Shown piece after piece: positions 29,888-39,311 of a stretch of DNA of 64,000 nucleotides (positions are counted from its first letter, which is position 1; each line of letters begins with the position of its first letter). A program made the position numbers and the translations under genes. The DNA is from an uncultured Eubacteriales bacterium (GTDB taxonomy: Bacteria; Bacillota; Clostridia; Christensenellales; CALVMC01): assembly GCA_949296455.1 (NCBI GenBank), contig CASFOZ010000002.1, forward strand, positions 7,574 to 71,573, given 5' to 3'. Under the pieces are notes generated by a model. It worked only from the letters and a program-made list of their open reading frames with translations, was not told where the DNA came from and made no database searches.

Positions 29888-31225
29888 TTATTTTTTGCAG
29901 ATATTTTCGGCGAGTTTATCTATATTCCCCGCCCCTAATACCAAAAGGTAGTCTTTTTTTGTTATCGTTTTTTTCATATATTCTTCGCATTCGAAATAGT
30001 TTGAAAAATACTTAGCTCTAATTCTCTTGCGAGTTTCACTGTAAAGGGTAAAAGAATCGGTTCCCATATCGGGAGTTTCTCTTGCGGGATATGTGGGTAG
30101 AAAACAAACTTCATAAGCCATATCGAAAGATTTCGTAAATTCTTCGAAAAGCCTTTTGGTTCTCGAATATGTATGCGGTTCGAAAACAACGAACAGCTTC
30201 CCTTTCGTAAGTTTAGACGCAGTATCGACAACTGCCTGTATTTCGCTTGGGTGATGAGCGTAATCGGTAATTACGGGAGCGTCGTTCAGTTTCCCTACCG
30301 TTTCGAAGCGTCGTTCAGTCCCTTTAAAGCTTTCAAGTCCTTTTTTTATACAAAGCTTATCTATTCCCGAATAATCGGCAACGGCAACGCAGGCAAGAGC
30401 ATTATCGACATTGTGTCTTCCTGAAACGCCCAAGCGGATTTTAACAAAGAAATCACCGTTTTTCAAGACATCGAATTCATATTTTTCGTTACGGTCATAA
30501 ATATTCACGGCACGAAAATCTCCGTTATTTGCGAATGTAATTTTATCTGCAAAAGTATTGAGTTCGGAAAAATTTGCGTTTATAACCGCGCATTTTTTTG
30601 CTTTTTTGGTAAATTCGTCAAATGCGTTATGAATATCCTCGTAATTTTTATAACAGTCCGGATGGTCCTGTTCGACATTAAGAACTACGGAGATATCGGA
30701 ACCGATGCTTAAAAAACTTCTTTTATATTCGCAAGCCTCCGTAATAAAATAATCGTAACCGCTGAAATAGTATCCCCCTGAAAAATCCTGAGCGTTCCCC
30801 CCTATATGCAACAGAAATCTTTTATCGCTGACTTTGAAAATTTTTCCAAGCATTGCAGTTGCGGTAGTTTTTCCGTGCGTTCCCGAAATTGCAATAACGG
30901 TTTTACAACTCTTTGCAATAAGGGCAAGAAGTTCTTTTCTTTTTATAACCTTTAAATTATTTTTTAAAGCATAAACCAATTCGGGATTATCTTCTTTTAT
31001 CGCCGCATTTGCAACGACAAGCTTACAGTCCTTTAACTTATCGGTATCACAGCCGCAATATGCGTCGATACCTCTGCTTTTGAGTTTTTCCATATTTTTG
31101 CCGAATACCGCATCCGAACCGCTTACCTTTTTACCGATATCGGAAAGATATTCTGCAAGCACGCACATACTGACACCGCCTGCGCCTATAAAATGCACAC
31201 GCTCGTAATCGTCTAAATTAATCAT
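29888..31225 (-). CDS. murC: UDP-N-acetylmuramate--L-alanine ligase
   Basis: HFIGAGGVSM, GTHGKTTTT-like GTHGKTTAT, and Mur ligase middle and C-terminal domains. Confidence 0.9.
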   Translation of the reverse strand: MINLDDYERVHFIGAGGVSMCVLAEYLSDIGKKVSGSDAVFGKNMEKLKSRGIDAYCGCDTDKLKDCKLVVANAAIKEDNPELVYALKNNLKVIKRKELLALIAKSCKTVIAISGTHGKTTATAMLGKIFKVSDKRFLLHIGGNAQDFSGGYYFSGYDYFITEACEYKRSFLSIGSDISVVLNVEQDHPDCYKNYEDIHNAFDEFTKKAKKCAVINANFSELNTFADKITFANNGDFRAVNIYDRNEKYEFDVLKNGDFFVKIRLGVSGRHNVDNALACVAVADYSGIDKLCIKKGLESFKGTERRFETVGKLNDAPVITDYAHHPSEIQAVVDTASKLTKGKLFVVFEPHTYSRTKRLFEEFTKSFDMAYEVCFLPTYPARETPDMGTDSFTLYSETRKRIRAKYFSNYFECEEYMKKTITKKDYLLVLGAGNIDKLAENICKK

Positions 31226-31422
31226 ACGGCATTATATGCACAACAAAATAAAATGTTAAAAAGTAAATTTGAATTAAAATCGAGTAAACAAGCATTAGTT
31301 CAGATTCAATAAAAAATAATAAAATATATTAATCAAAAAAATTCTATACCATTTTCGATTTATTTAAAAAATTGTTTAAATCAACAGAATTTTTATTTTA
31401 AAAAATTATTTTTCAAAAAGTA

Positions 31423-31451
31423 TTGTAAAAAGTCGAAAAATTTATTATAAT
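31423..31451 (+). promoter_or_regulatory. candidate sigma-A-type promoter for spoVG
   Basis: TTGTAA, 17-nt spacer, TATAAT, about 30 nt upstream of the spoVG start. Confidence 0.45.
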
Positions 31452-31481
31452 ATAAATATATTAGCTTTAAGCAATAGGAAG

Positions 31482-31766
31482 GTGGGAAAATTGAAAATAA
31501 CAGATGTGAGAATCAGGTTGGTGAAAAAGAACGAAGGCAGACTTAAAGCTGTAGCTTCGATAATATTCGACGATTGTTTTGCTCTACACGACATTAAAAT
31601 AATCGAAGGTGAAAGCGAGTGTTTTGTTGCAATGCCGAGCAAAAAAACACCTAGCGGTGAATTTAAAGATGTTGCTCATCCTATAAACACCGAAACGAGA
31701 GAAATGATACGGCAAACCATTTTGGACGCATATAAGAAAACCGAGGAAGAAAACCAAGGTAATTAA
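31482..31766 (+). CDS. spoVG: septation protein SpoVG
   Basis: (M)KITDVRIRLV...LKAVASIIFDDCFALHDIKIIEG....FVAMPS is canonical SpoVG. It uses a non-ATG start, either GTG at 31482 or TTG at 31491, after the RBS AGGAAGGTGG. Confidence 0.9.
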   Translation: MGKLKITDVRIRLVKKNEGRLKAVASIIFDDCFALHDIKIIEGESECFVAMPSKKTPSGEFKDVAHPINTETREMIRQTILDAYKKTEEENQGN

Positions 31767-31866
31767 TCTTATATAAAAATCTTTAAAGTTAATTCGATAT
31801 TTTATCGGTTCTTAAAGAATCGGTTTAATTGTTTTCGGAAATTTTATCGATTTTCGATTTAATCAA

Positions 31867-31915
31867 CCGGTCGCAGTAAGCCTTTAAACGGCAAAAGACT
31901 GCGTCCGGTTTTTTT
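31867..31915 (+). terminator. rho-independent terminator after spoVG
   Basis: Stem ccggtcgcagt / actgcgtccgg with one mismatch, followed by T7. Confidence 0.65.
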
Positions 31916-31933
31916 GTAAATTAGTTATAAATT

Positions 31934-33481
31934 TTAATAAGGCAGACTTATAATATCTTTTAATTCGAAATATAATCCCCTGAGGCTTTTATAAAGATTT
32001 TTATAAACTCTGTTAAACAATTCGTTATAAATTTTAGTTGCCTGTTTATTCGGTTTGAATTCATCTGTATATTTAACCATATTTTTAACTGCTTCTTCAA
32101 GGTCGGAAAACTCCCCTATGGAAACGAATGCGAGCATAGCGACTCCGAGTCCGCTTGTTTCGTAAGTCTGAACCCTGTATACGGGAAGCCCGAACATATC
32201 TGCCGTTATCTGGCAAATAGAATTGCTTTGAGATCCGCCGCCCGATACGGTAATTCTTTCGACTTTATGAGGTAATTTCTTTTCTATGTTTTCCATTCCT
32301 TCTTTAAGAGCATAACCGATACCTTCTATTATCGCCCTGTAAATATGAGCTCTCGTGTGAACATCGGAAAAACCTATTATCGAACCTTTTGCTTCGGGAA
32401 TTTTGAGATCGGGCGACCAGTAAGGTTGCAAAATCAGTCCGTCACTTCCCGGCGGTACCCTACTCAACATTTTATCGAGAAGGTCTTCGGCGGGAATGTT
32501 GAGTTTTTTAGCTTCTTCCACTTCAATCTGAGCAAACTGCTCCTTAAACCAGGTAATAAGCCAATATCCTCTGTAAACCTGTAATTCCGGACAGTAATAA
32601 CCCGGTCTCAAAGAAACATAAGCAGGCATAAACTTTTGAGGTTCTATATATTTTTTAGTGTTGATTTCTACGGTTGCAGCCGTTCCGAAACTCAAAGCTG
32701 CGCTTTTCTCGTCAAGACAACCTGTCCCTATACTCTCGCAACATTTATCGCCGCCGCCAAGAATAAAAGGAATACCCTGTTTGATTCCGGTTTTTTCGGA
32801 AGCCTCTTTTGTGATGCTTCCTATAACGGTGCCCGGTTCTTTTAAATCTACCATAAGTTCCGGAGGGGTATTGTAAACATAATAGTTCATTGATTTTTTG
32901 GTAAGCCATTTTTTATTTTTGAAATCGTAAGGAAGATGTCCTGCGGTGTTTGCGGTACTGTCAACGAAATTACCCGTAAAAAAGTAATTAAAATAAGCGG
33001 AAATAAAAGCTATCTTATAGGTTTTTTCCCAGATATCTTTTTCATTTTCACGAATCCAGTTTGTCTTCATTATACTTCTTTGAGTTTTTGCAACATCATA
33101 CATTTTAACAAGCTTGTAAAGAACGGTACGGGACAACGGAAAAGGATAATCGTCTCTTGCAAATCTTTTATCGAGCCAAACAAGAACCGGCCTTAAAAGA
33201 TTATAATTTTCATCGACGAAAATAGTCGTATCTCTCATAGTGGTAACAGTGACGCCCGCTATATTTTCCCACTCTTTCGGAAATTCCTTTTTGAGTTCGA
33301 GACTTGCCTTACAGATATTATCTATATAAACATTCATATCCTGCTCGGCATAATTTTTTTCTCTTGAATAATAAGCCTGATAGGATATTTTATTTTTTGC
33401 GACAAGGTTCCCTTTTTTATCGAATAACATAGCACGGATACTTTGAGTGCCGCAATCGAAAACAAGAATTAAAGGTTCCAT
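31934..33481 (-). CDS. FGGY-family carbohydrate kinase
   Basis: N-terminal D.GTQS.R (FDCGTQSIRAM), the C-terminal FGGY domain (GGGSQS) and a length of 515 aa. Confidence 0.85.
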   Translation of the reverse strand: MEPLILVFDCGTQSIRAMLFDKKGNLVAKNKISYQAYYSREKNYAEQDMNVYIDNICKASLELKKEFPKEWENIAGVTVTTMRDTTIFVDENYNLLRPVLVWLDKRFARDDYPFPLSRTVLYKLVKMYDVAKTQRSIMKTNWIRENEKDIWEKTYKIAFISAYFNYFFTGNFVDSTANTAGHLPYDFKNKKWLTKKSMNYYVYNTPPELMVDLKEPGTVIGSITKEASEKTGIKQGIPFILGGGDKCCESIGTGCLDEKSAALSFGTAATVEINTKKYIEPQKFMPAYVSLRPGYYCPELQVYRGYWLITWFKEQFAQIEVEEAKKLNIPAEDLLDKMLSRVPPGSDGLILQPYWSPDLKIPEAKGSIIGFSDVHTRAHIYRAIIEGIGYALKEGMENIEKKLPHKVERITVSGGGSQSNSICQITADMFGLPVYRVQTYETSGLGVAMLAFVSIGEFSDLEEAVKNMVKYTDEFKPNKQATKIYNELFNRVYKNLYKSLRGLYFELKDIISLPY

Positions 33482-33546
33482 AATACACCCCTGAAATATT
33501 TACTGATACAATTATATTAATATAAAATTTAATTTACAACGGATAT

Positions 33547-33590
33547 AAAAAAACGGCTGATTTTAGTCGGTTGACCGACCGATAAGCCGC
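33547..33590 (-). terminator. rho-independent terminator after the acyl-CoA ligase gene
   Basis: Nested hairpin (cggct...agccg with an inner gtcgg/ccgac), followed on the minus strand by T7. Confidence 0.6.
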
Positions 33591-33633
33591 TAAAACGAAC
33601 TGTAAGACCAAAATAATATAAAATTTCTATAAA

Positions 33634-35229
33634 TCAGCTGTTTATTTTCACCTTGCCCATAGAGGTAAGAGGAATGTTTTTTACGAATTCGATTTCTCTC
33701 GGAACGGAATAGGCAATAAGCTTATCCTGACATAATTTTTCTATGGTAAGTTTGAGTTTGTTTAAATCTATTTTATCGCTTTCCGGTTCAACTATAAGTT
33801 TGAAATAAACTCCGTCTTCCGTCTCTTTTGTTGCTACGGCGCAATTTCTTACCTGGGTTAAAGTAAGCACGGTATCCTCGATTTCCGAAGGAAATACATT
33901 ATAGCCCGATATTTTTATCATTCTTTTAAATCTGTCAACATAATATAAAAATCCTTCTTCGTCCGTAAAACCGCAGTCGCCCGTTTTAACGAATTTTTTT
34001 CCGTTTATGAAAACGAAAGCCTTATTCGTATTTTCTTCATCGTTGAAATAGCCTTCCATAATCACAGGACCTGCTATTGCAATTTCCCCTCTTTGCCCGG
34101 TTTTTAATTTATTGCCTTTTTTGTCTATAATAGCGATTTCAACGCAAGCAAGGGGTTGTCCTACGGAAAATCTTTTTTCATTATCCAATCTATTAAGAGT
34201 ACAAACTGCAACCGCCTCCGAAAGTCCGTATCCTTCATTCATACGGGCTTTCGAGCCTGCTTCTATAAGGGCATTATCCATTTGGGTTTTAAGTCTGTCT
34301 TTAAGTTTATCGCCGCCCGTGAAAACAAATTTAATTTTCTTCATTATTTTTTTGCTTTTAAACTTACTTATATTCATAAGTTTGGCGTACATTGCAGGAA
34401 CGCCCGCAAAGAAAGTCACATTTTCCTTTTCTATAATTTTAATCGTTTTTTTAGCATTGAATTTAGGTACCAGAACGGCATTGGTATTCTTGCAGAGTAC
34501 AGTATGCATACATACCCCGAGCCCGAATCCGTGAAAAAGCGGAAGAACCATTAAAAAACCGTCAGTCCTTTCCGTCTCTCCTCCGATTACCTCGCCTGTA
34601 TACATAGCCGAAGCATTTAAAGCCCTGTTAGAAAGCATAACGGTTTTAGGAACGCCCGTTGTTCCGCCGCTATGAATAAGCACTGCAAGTTCATCGCCGT
34701 TGAATTTAGAAGAAAGCTGTTTTTGAACGACTTCTTCTTTCAGACATTCCGTGAAGTATTTTTCGCCGGTTCTTGCACTTCTGTATTTGCGTTCGGCAAA
34801 TAAAGCAATAAGTTTTTTAAAGCCTTTCATAAAACCGCTTATTGAGGAAATTACTATATCGGCATTGCATTTTTTTAACTCTTCTATATCTTTGAAATAT
34901 TTAAAATCACTTATAAAAAGCATTCTGCATTTTGTTTCGGAAAGGGTTTTCAATATGTTGTTCGCTGAGGTCAAAGGATGAATAATATTACAAACAGCCC
35001 CTATTTTATTCGCCGCATAAATTGCTATAATGGCGTCAGGAATATTAGGAAGACACACTGCAACGACATCGCCTTTTTTTATCCCGCATTTATTAAGGTA
35101 CAAAGCAAATTTGTCAATTAAAACCAGTAATTCCCCTCTTGAAATTCGGTTGCCGAAATAGGTAAGAGAATCTCTTGTATAATCCGAAGTATTATTAACC
35201 ATAAAATTGTACATTGAATTATTAATCAT
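33634..35229 (-). CDS. AMP-dependent synthetase/ligase (acyl-CoA ligase family)
   Basis: AMP-binding motif I-like LIHSGGTTGVPK, then EGYGLSE, TGD, and the C-terminal K of GKVK. Confidence 0.85.
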   Translation of the reverse strand: MINNSMYNFMVNNTSDYTRDSLTYFGNRISRGELLVLIDKFALYLNKCGIKKGDVVAVCLPNIPDAIIAIYAANKIGAVCNIIHPLTSANNILKTLSETKCRMLFISDFKYFKDIEELKKCNADIVISSISGFMKGFKKLIALFAERKYRSARTGEKYFTECLKEEVVQKQLSSKFNGDELAVLIHSGGTTGVPKTVMLSNRALNASAMYTGEVIGGETERTDGFLMVLPLFHGFGLGVCMHTVLCKNTNAVLVPKFNAKKTIKIIEKENVTFFAGVPAMYAKLMNISKFKSKKIMKKIKFVFTGGDKLKDRLKTQMDNALIEAGSKARMNEGYGLSEAVAVCTLNRLDNEKRFSVGQPLACVEIAIIDKKGNKLKTGQRGEIAIAGPVIMEGYFNDEENTNKAFVFINGKKFVKTGDCGFTDEEGFLYYVDRFKRMIKISGYNVFPSEIEDTVLTLTQVRNCAVATKETEDGVYFKLIVEPESDKIDLNKLKLTIEKLCQDKLIAYSVPREIEFVKNIPLTSMGKVKINS

Positions 35230-35258
35230 AAGTAAAGCCTTTTATAATAAATTATACT

Positions 35259-36158
35259 TTATACTCTTTCGTATTCCAACAACAGCAATTTATAAAAACT
35301 CGAATCGCTGAAATATATTTTATCGCAATATTTTCCGTAAAAAACCCAATTTACACCAATAAACACAGCAAAAGAAATAAATGCTGCAACAACTGTATCC
35401 GAAAGAAAATGAGCGCCCGCAGCAATTCTCGACAAGGCTGTCAAAAACACATATGCAAAACAAACTATATAAAAAACATATCTCTTATTTTTAAGATTTT
35501 CGAAACAATCGCAAAGAGCGGTTAAACAAAAAACGGTCGCACCCAGAGCTACATGACCTGAGGGCATACTGCTTCCTCCGCCTCTTTGAAAAACATACCA
35601 AGGTGCAAATTCCCCTTGTCCTGCGATTATTTCGTAAAATCTTACCCTTCCCCAAACGGCTTTGAATATCAATGTAATTATTATAACCGCAACAACCGTT
35701 ATTATTGTTGATACGGCAAATTTTATAAGCTTTTTAATATCTTTCTTTTTTATAAACGAAAAGAGATAAACGGAAAGAAGAGACAGCGCAGGCGCTATTC
35801 CTAATCCTAAAACAATTTTAACGACAGTATCGATATTTTCGCACATTTCGTAAATCAACAGAAAAAAAGACGCAAAAACTGCAAATAAATAAACAAATGC
35901 GGAAAATCTGCTAAGAAACTTGCTTTCTTTGTTTCTGTAAGAGTAAAGAATAGAAAAAGAAGCAGCAAGCAATAAATATGCAGGCGCTTTTCCCAAACAA
36001 GCAAATATTACGGAAAAAACGTTATTTTCAGAATAAAAAAAACGGCTGGCTTCCATATCGAATTTAGCAGCTATTGTAAGAGCAACAGCAACAACGGCAG
36101 CAGCCAATATCAGTAATACTATTTTAACTTTAAAAGAAGCATTTTTATCAGATTGCAT
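35259..36158 (-). CDS. PAP2-family membrane phosphatase
   Basis: Multi-TM protein with the PAP2 motifs PSGH and SRI..G.H...D (SRIAAGAHFLSD). The ATG at 36158 has an AGGTGG RBS, and the gene overlaps the argF-like 3' end. Confidence 0.8.
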   Translation of the reverse strand: MQSDKNASFKVKIVLLILAAAVVAVALTIAAKFDMEASRFFYSENNVFSVIFACLGKAPAYLLLAASFSILYSYRNKESKFLSRFSAFVYLFAVFASFFLLIYEMCENIDTVVKIVLGLGIAPALSLLSVYLFSFIKKKDIKKLIKFAVSTIITVVAVIIITLIFKAVWGRVRFYEIIAGQGEFAPWYVFQRGGGSSMPSGHVALGATVFCLTALCDCFENLKNKRYVFYIVCFAYVFLTALSRIAAGAHFLSDTVVAAFISFAVFIGVNWVFYGKYCDKIYFSDSSFYKLLLLEYERV

Positions 36159-37056
36159 TGTTACCACCTAAGAGTTTTATTAAAACAGCTTTTTCCATAT
36201 GCAGTCTGTTTTCAGCCTGCATGAAAATTTCATCGGCATGTTTTTCAAAAACATCTTCTGTAATCTCCTTGCCTTTAAAAGCAGGTAAACAATGCAAAAC
36301 CTTAACATCAGGTTTGCAATAAGATAAGACGTCTTCATTGAGTTGAAATTTACTCAACGTTTCTTCATCAATATCTTTTTGCTGTCCAAACGGTGCAGCA
36401 TAAATTATATCCGCTCCGTTTGCCGCAGCCCTTATATCGTTTGTTACAAGTAACTTGCCTTGATTTTGCTGAGCAAAAGCAATAACAGACTTAGAAGGAA
36501 GGCTCTCTTGTTGACAAGCAATAGAAAATCTCATACCGAGCAATGTACAACCCACAATAAGCGAATTAGCAATACTGTTTCCCGGTCCTACATAACAAAG
36601 TTTAAGATTTTCAAAATCATTTCCTATAATTTCGCTTACCGTCATAAAATCAGAAAGAATCTGACACGGGTGCGAATATTCGGTAAGAGCATTAATAATA
36701 GGCACAGAAGAATATATAGCCATTTTTTCTACTGTTGCCTGAGCGAATGTTCTTATAACAATAGCGTCCACAAAACGAGAGAAAACTCTGACTGTATCCT
36801 GAACCGATTCACCCCTTCCGAGCTGAATGCTTTGATTATCGAAAAAAACCGCCTTGCCCCCAAGTTCGAATATACCGAGTTCAAAACCGAGTCTGGTTCT
36901 TGTTGAAGGCTTTTGAAAAATCATACCCAAAGATTTATCGGGAAGGTATTTATGCGAAATACCTTCCTTTTTAAATCTTTTAAGTTTAACAGCCGTTTCG
37001 ATTAAATCGAAAATTTCTTCTTTTGTCAAATCTGAAATTTTTAAAAGATGCTTCAT
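36148..37056 (-). CDS. ornithine carbamoyltransferase-like transcarbamylase (atypical 240s loop)
   Basis: STRTR, HPCQ, HCLPA and QAENRLH are present. The canonical DxxxSMG is not recognisable (see findings). Confidence 0.75.
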   Translation of the reverse strand: MKHLLKISDLTKEEIFDLIETAVKLKRFKKEGISHKYLPDKSLGMIFQKPSTRTRLGFELGIFELGGKAVFFDNQSIQLGRGESVQDTVRVFSRFVDAIVIRTFAQATVEKMAIYSSVPIINALTEYSHPCQILSDFMTVSEIIGNDFENLKLCYVGPGNSIANSLIVGCTLLGMRFSIACQQESLPSKSVIAFAQQNQGKLLVTNDIRAAANGADIIYAAPFGQQKDIDEETLSKFQLNEDVLSYCKPDVKVLHCLPAFKGKEITEDVFEKHADEIFMQAENRLHMEKAVLIKLLGGNNAI

Positions 37057-37132
37057 ATATCTCCGCAAAGACGCAATTATCTGCTGTAAAAATCATACAA
37101 ACGAAAAGAGTGTATGATAAAACTTTTTAAAA

Positions 37133-37474
37133 TCAGAAAATAAGAACTAAAATAGCAAAGATGAAATAAATAGCCGCAACTACCCAATAAGTAACTTTCC
37201 AAACTTTGCCCTTCGGTTTAACATAATTGTAAGCAGTAAGAAGTAAAACTATACCGATAAATAAATCTCTTATAAGAGAAAAAGCTCCGATAATTTTTAA
37301 ATTTACATCGAAGAATCCTAAGATAAACTGAACAATAAAAATAGCAGCGGCTAAAAACAAAGCAATAAAAGCCAATAACTTAACTATTTTCGATTCAGTA
37401 ATTTCAGAATAACTTTTTCTGCGTTTTCTTGTTTGATTGTTTTTTGAATCAGTGTTCTTTTTTTGTTCTGCCAT
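37133..37474 (-). CDS. small membrane protein, unknown function
   Basis: Basic N-terminus (KRRKSY) followed by 3 predicted TM helices. I recognise no family. Confidence 0.45.
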   Translation of the reverse strand: MAEQKKNTDSKNNQTRKRRKSYSEITESKIVKLLAFIALFLAAAIFIVQFILGFFDVNLKIIGAFSLIRDLFIGIVLLLTAYNYVKPKGKVWKVTYWVVAAIYFIFAILVLIF

Positions 37475-37617
37475 AATAATACCCTCCGTAAAATATTATA
37501 AAATTTTTTATAAATAGAGTCAACCGAATAAGTATATTAAAAAGAATGATAATATGACATAAAAAATGAAAAAAATTCGAAAAAAATAAAAAAGACGAAA
37601 TAGAGAATGCAAAAAAA

Positions 37618-37646
37618 TTGACTGGAAAGGAATAATATGATAAACT
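37618..37646 (+). promoter_or_regulatory. candidate sigma-A promoter for tRNA-Ser
   Basis: TTGACT, 17-nt spacer, TAAACT, ending 14 nt before the tRNA 5' end. Confidence 0.5.
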
Positions 37647-37660
37647 GAAATACGCTTTAA

Positions 37661-37749
37661 GGAGAAGTATCGAAGTGGTCGTAACGAGCTGCACTCGAAA
37701 TGCAGTTGTCCGCAAGGACACGTGGGTTCGAATCCCACCTTCTCCGCCA
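37661..37749 (+). tRNA. tRNA-Ser (anticodon CGA), encoded CCA
   Basis: Manual fold gives acceptor GGAGAAG/CTTCTCC, a 3-bp D stem tcg/cga, anticodon stem ctgca/tgcag with loop ctCGAaa, a long variable arm gtcc-gcaa-ggac, T arm gtggg-ttcgaat-cccac, discriminator G and CCA. Confidence 0.9.
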
Positions 37750-37752
37750 AAG

Positions 37753-37781
37753 AAAGCCGCATTTGAACATGCGGCTTTTTT
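37753..37781 (+). terminator. rho-independent terminator after tRNA-Ser
   Basis: aagccgcat-ttgaac-atgcggctt followed by TTTT. Confidence 0.7.
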
Positions 37782-37899
37782 AATTGAAAGTTTAAAAAGA
37801 AACATTATTTATTAAATTGTATATAGACTTATCTTTGAATTAAAAATCAACGATAAAATTTAAATTTTCAAACAAATTTAAAAAGTAAAATTAAATTAT

Positions 37900-38103
37900 T
37901 CAAAGTATTTCAAACAGGTAATCTAAATTAAGGTCGGGGAAAAAATTATCTCTTATTAAAAACATTTCTTTTCTTGTCCACTCCACTTTATGATTAAATC
38001 GGGCGCTTACAGATTTTTCTGCTATATTCAGTAATTTTGCTATTTTTGCCTGTGTAATTTTAGGACAAGCACTCTTCATTTCCTTAATCAGATTGGCGAA
38101 CAT
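37900..38103 (-). CDS. small HTH protein, phage Cro/DUF739-like
   Basis: At 67 aa it has the HTH ITQAKIAKLLNIAEKSVSARFN followed by ..W...E......FF....LDYLF. It is divergent from the XRE gene and has an AAGGA RBS. Confidence 0.55.
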   Translation of the reverse strand: MFANLIKEMKSACPKITQAKIAKLLNIAEKSVSARFNHKVEWTRKEMFLIRDNFFPDLNLDYLFEIL

Positions 38104-38291
38104 TTATTTTTCCTTTGTTTTATCGTTACGATTGGTCGTATTTTATATTAGTTATAATACATTTCGTCGTAATTGTCAATAATTTTCCGCATATTTTTAC
38201 AAGTTAAATTTTTTTTCGCTAAAAGTATAAATTATTCGACAATAAAACATAATTAAGTTATAATAATATTAATGATTTACGAGAGTTAAAA

Positions 38292-38666
38292 ATGAAACTT
38301 ACAGATAAAATTACTGAATTTATGAAAGTTAATAATATTAAGGATTACAAGGCGTTTTCTGAATTTGCAGACGTCCCCTATACTACTATTAAAAGTTTTT
38401 ACGATAAGGGATACGCCAACGCTAAAAGAGAAACTCTCGTTAAATTGAAAAAGGCAATGAACCTTACATTAGACGAAATAGCCGATGACAACATCGATGT
38501 TGATTTTAAGGTTAAGGTTAAAGTTAATACTAGAAACGATGAAATACTTACTCCGAACACGGTAATCGCTATCGGCAACGGCGGTAAAAAAATCAAATAC
38601 GAAATACCGCCTGAAAAAATGGAACTTGCAAATCAGCTTCTTTCAGAGCTGAGCAAAAAAAAATAA
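38292..38666 (+). CDS. XRE-family HTH transcriptional regulator (ImmR/CI-like)
   Basis: N-terminal HTH_3-like region (YKAFSEFADVPYTTIKSFYDKGYANAKRETLVKLKKAMNLTLDEI) and pairing with a downstream ImmA-type protease. Confidence 0.7.
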   Translation: MKLTDKITEFMKVNNIKDYKAFSEFADVPYTTIKSFYDKGYANAKRETLVKLKKAMNLTLDEIADDNIDVDFKVKVKVNTRNDEILTPNTVIAIGNGGKKIKYEIPPEKMELANQLLSELSKKK

Positions 38667-38718
38667 AGACTTTTACATATATTATACAAAGTACAGTAAC
38701 ATAAGAAATTCCGCTTGG

Positions 38719-39249
38719 ATGTTTCTAATCAATAATGAAATCAAAGAATTACCTCTTGATGTATACAGCGTATCGGAAAGGAACCGATGGGCACTGTTGC
38801 CGTATAATCAGCACATAAATTTACTTGATTGTTTAGACTTATATAAACTTCATGACAAATATGAAGGTTTTACGATATTTTTTAATTATAAAATATTTGT
38901 ATTTTACGACTCGGAAGTTTCCGAAGAAAGGATAAGATTTACCTTAGCGCACGAATTCGGTCATATTTTGCTTTTTCATATAAGCGAAGTGTCCCCTGCA
39001 AACTACGAGCAAGAAGCAAATATGTTCGCAAACAGAATACTTATGCCATTATGCGTACTCAAAGAATGCAAAGCTTTCAGTGCAGAAAAGATAGCCAAAC
39101 TTTGCGGTACGACGGTAACGGCAAGCGAAAACAGATTAAAGCGACTTAACAAAATTATGGAACGGAACAAATTTTATCTATCGCCTTTGGAAAACAGAGT
39201 TCTGGAACAGTTTAAAGTGTTTATAGAAAAAAACAGATACGATAAATAA
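38719..39249 (+). CDS. ImmA/IrrE family metallo-endopeptidase (COG2856)
   Basis: HExxH motif in LAHEFGHILLFH with a downstream E..AN.FA..LLMP pattern typical of ImmA/IrrE. Confidence 0.8.
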   Translation: MFLINNEIKELPLDVYSVSERNRWALLPYNQHINLLDCLDLYKLHDKYEGFTIFFNYKIFVFYDSEVSEERIRFTLAHEFGHILLFHISEVSPANYEQEANMFANRILMPLCVLKECKAFSAEKIAKLCGTTVTASENRLKRLNKIMERNKFYLSPLENRVLEQFKVFIEKNRYDK

Positions 39250-39273
39250 AAAAGCTCTTGAAAGAGCTTTTTT
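39248..39273 (+). terminator. rho-independent terminator (A/T flanks, potentially bidirectional: the ImmA gene and the convergent ABC operon)
   Basis: aaagctc-ttgaaa-gagcttt followed by TTTT, with an A-run upstream. Confidence 0.65.
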
Positions 39274-39311
39274 AATATAATTAAATTTGATAATATCAAT
39301 TAATTACAAAA

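Larger units (their letters stand above)
37782..39273. mobile_element. possible remnant of a prophage/ICE immunity module next to tRNA-Ser (no integrase, no att repeat found)
   Basis: A Cro-like HTH gene is divergent from an XRE repressor and an ImmA/IrrE protease, directly 3' of a tRNA gene. The region is AT-rich by eye and bounded by terminators. Confidence 0.35.

Noticed and set aside
31482-31500. The spoVG non-ATG start as an anomaly
   Set aside because: GTG and TTG starts are common in Firmicutes, and a strong RBS is correctly placed. It is noted in the feature but is not interesting in itself.
37449-37805. Two minus-strand ORFs (118 aa and 80 aa) overlapping the tRNA-Ser region
   Set aside because: They run antisense through a well-folding tRNA gene and its AT-rich promoter region. 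They give low-complexity translations and are spurious.
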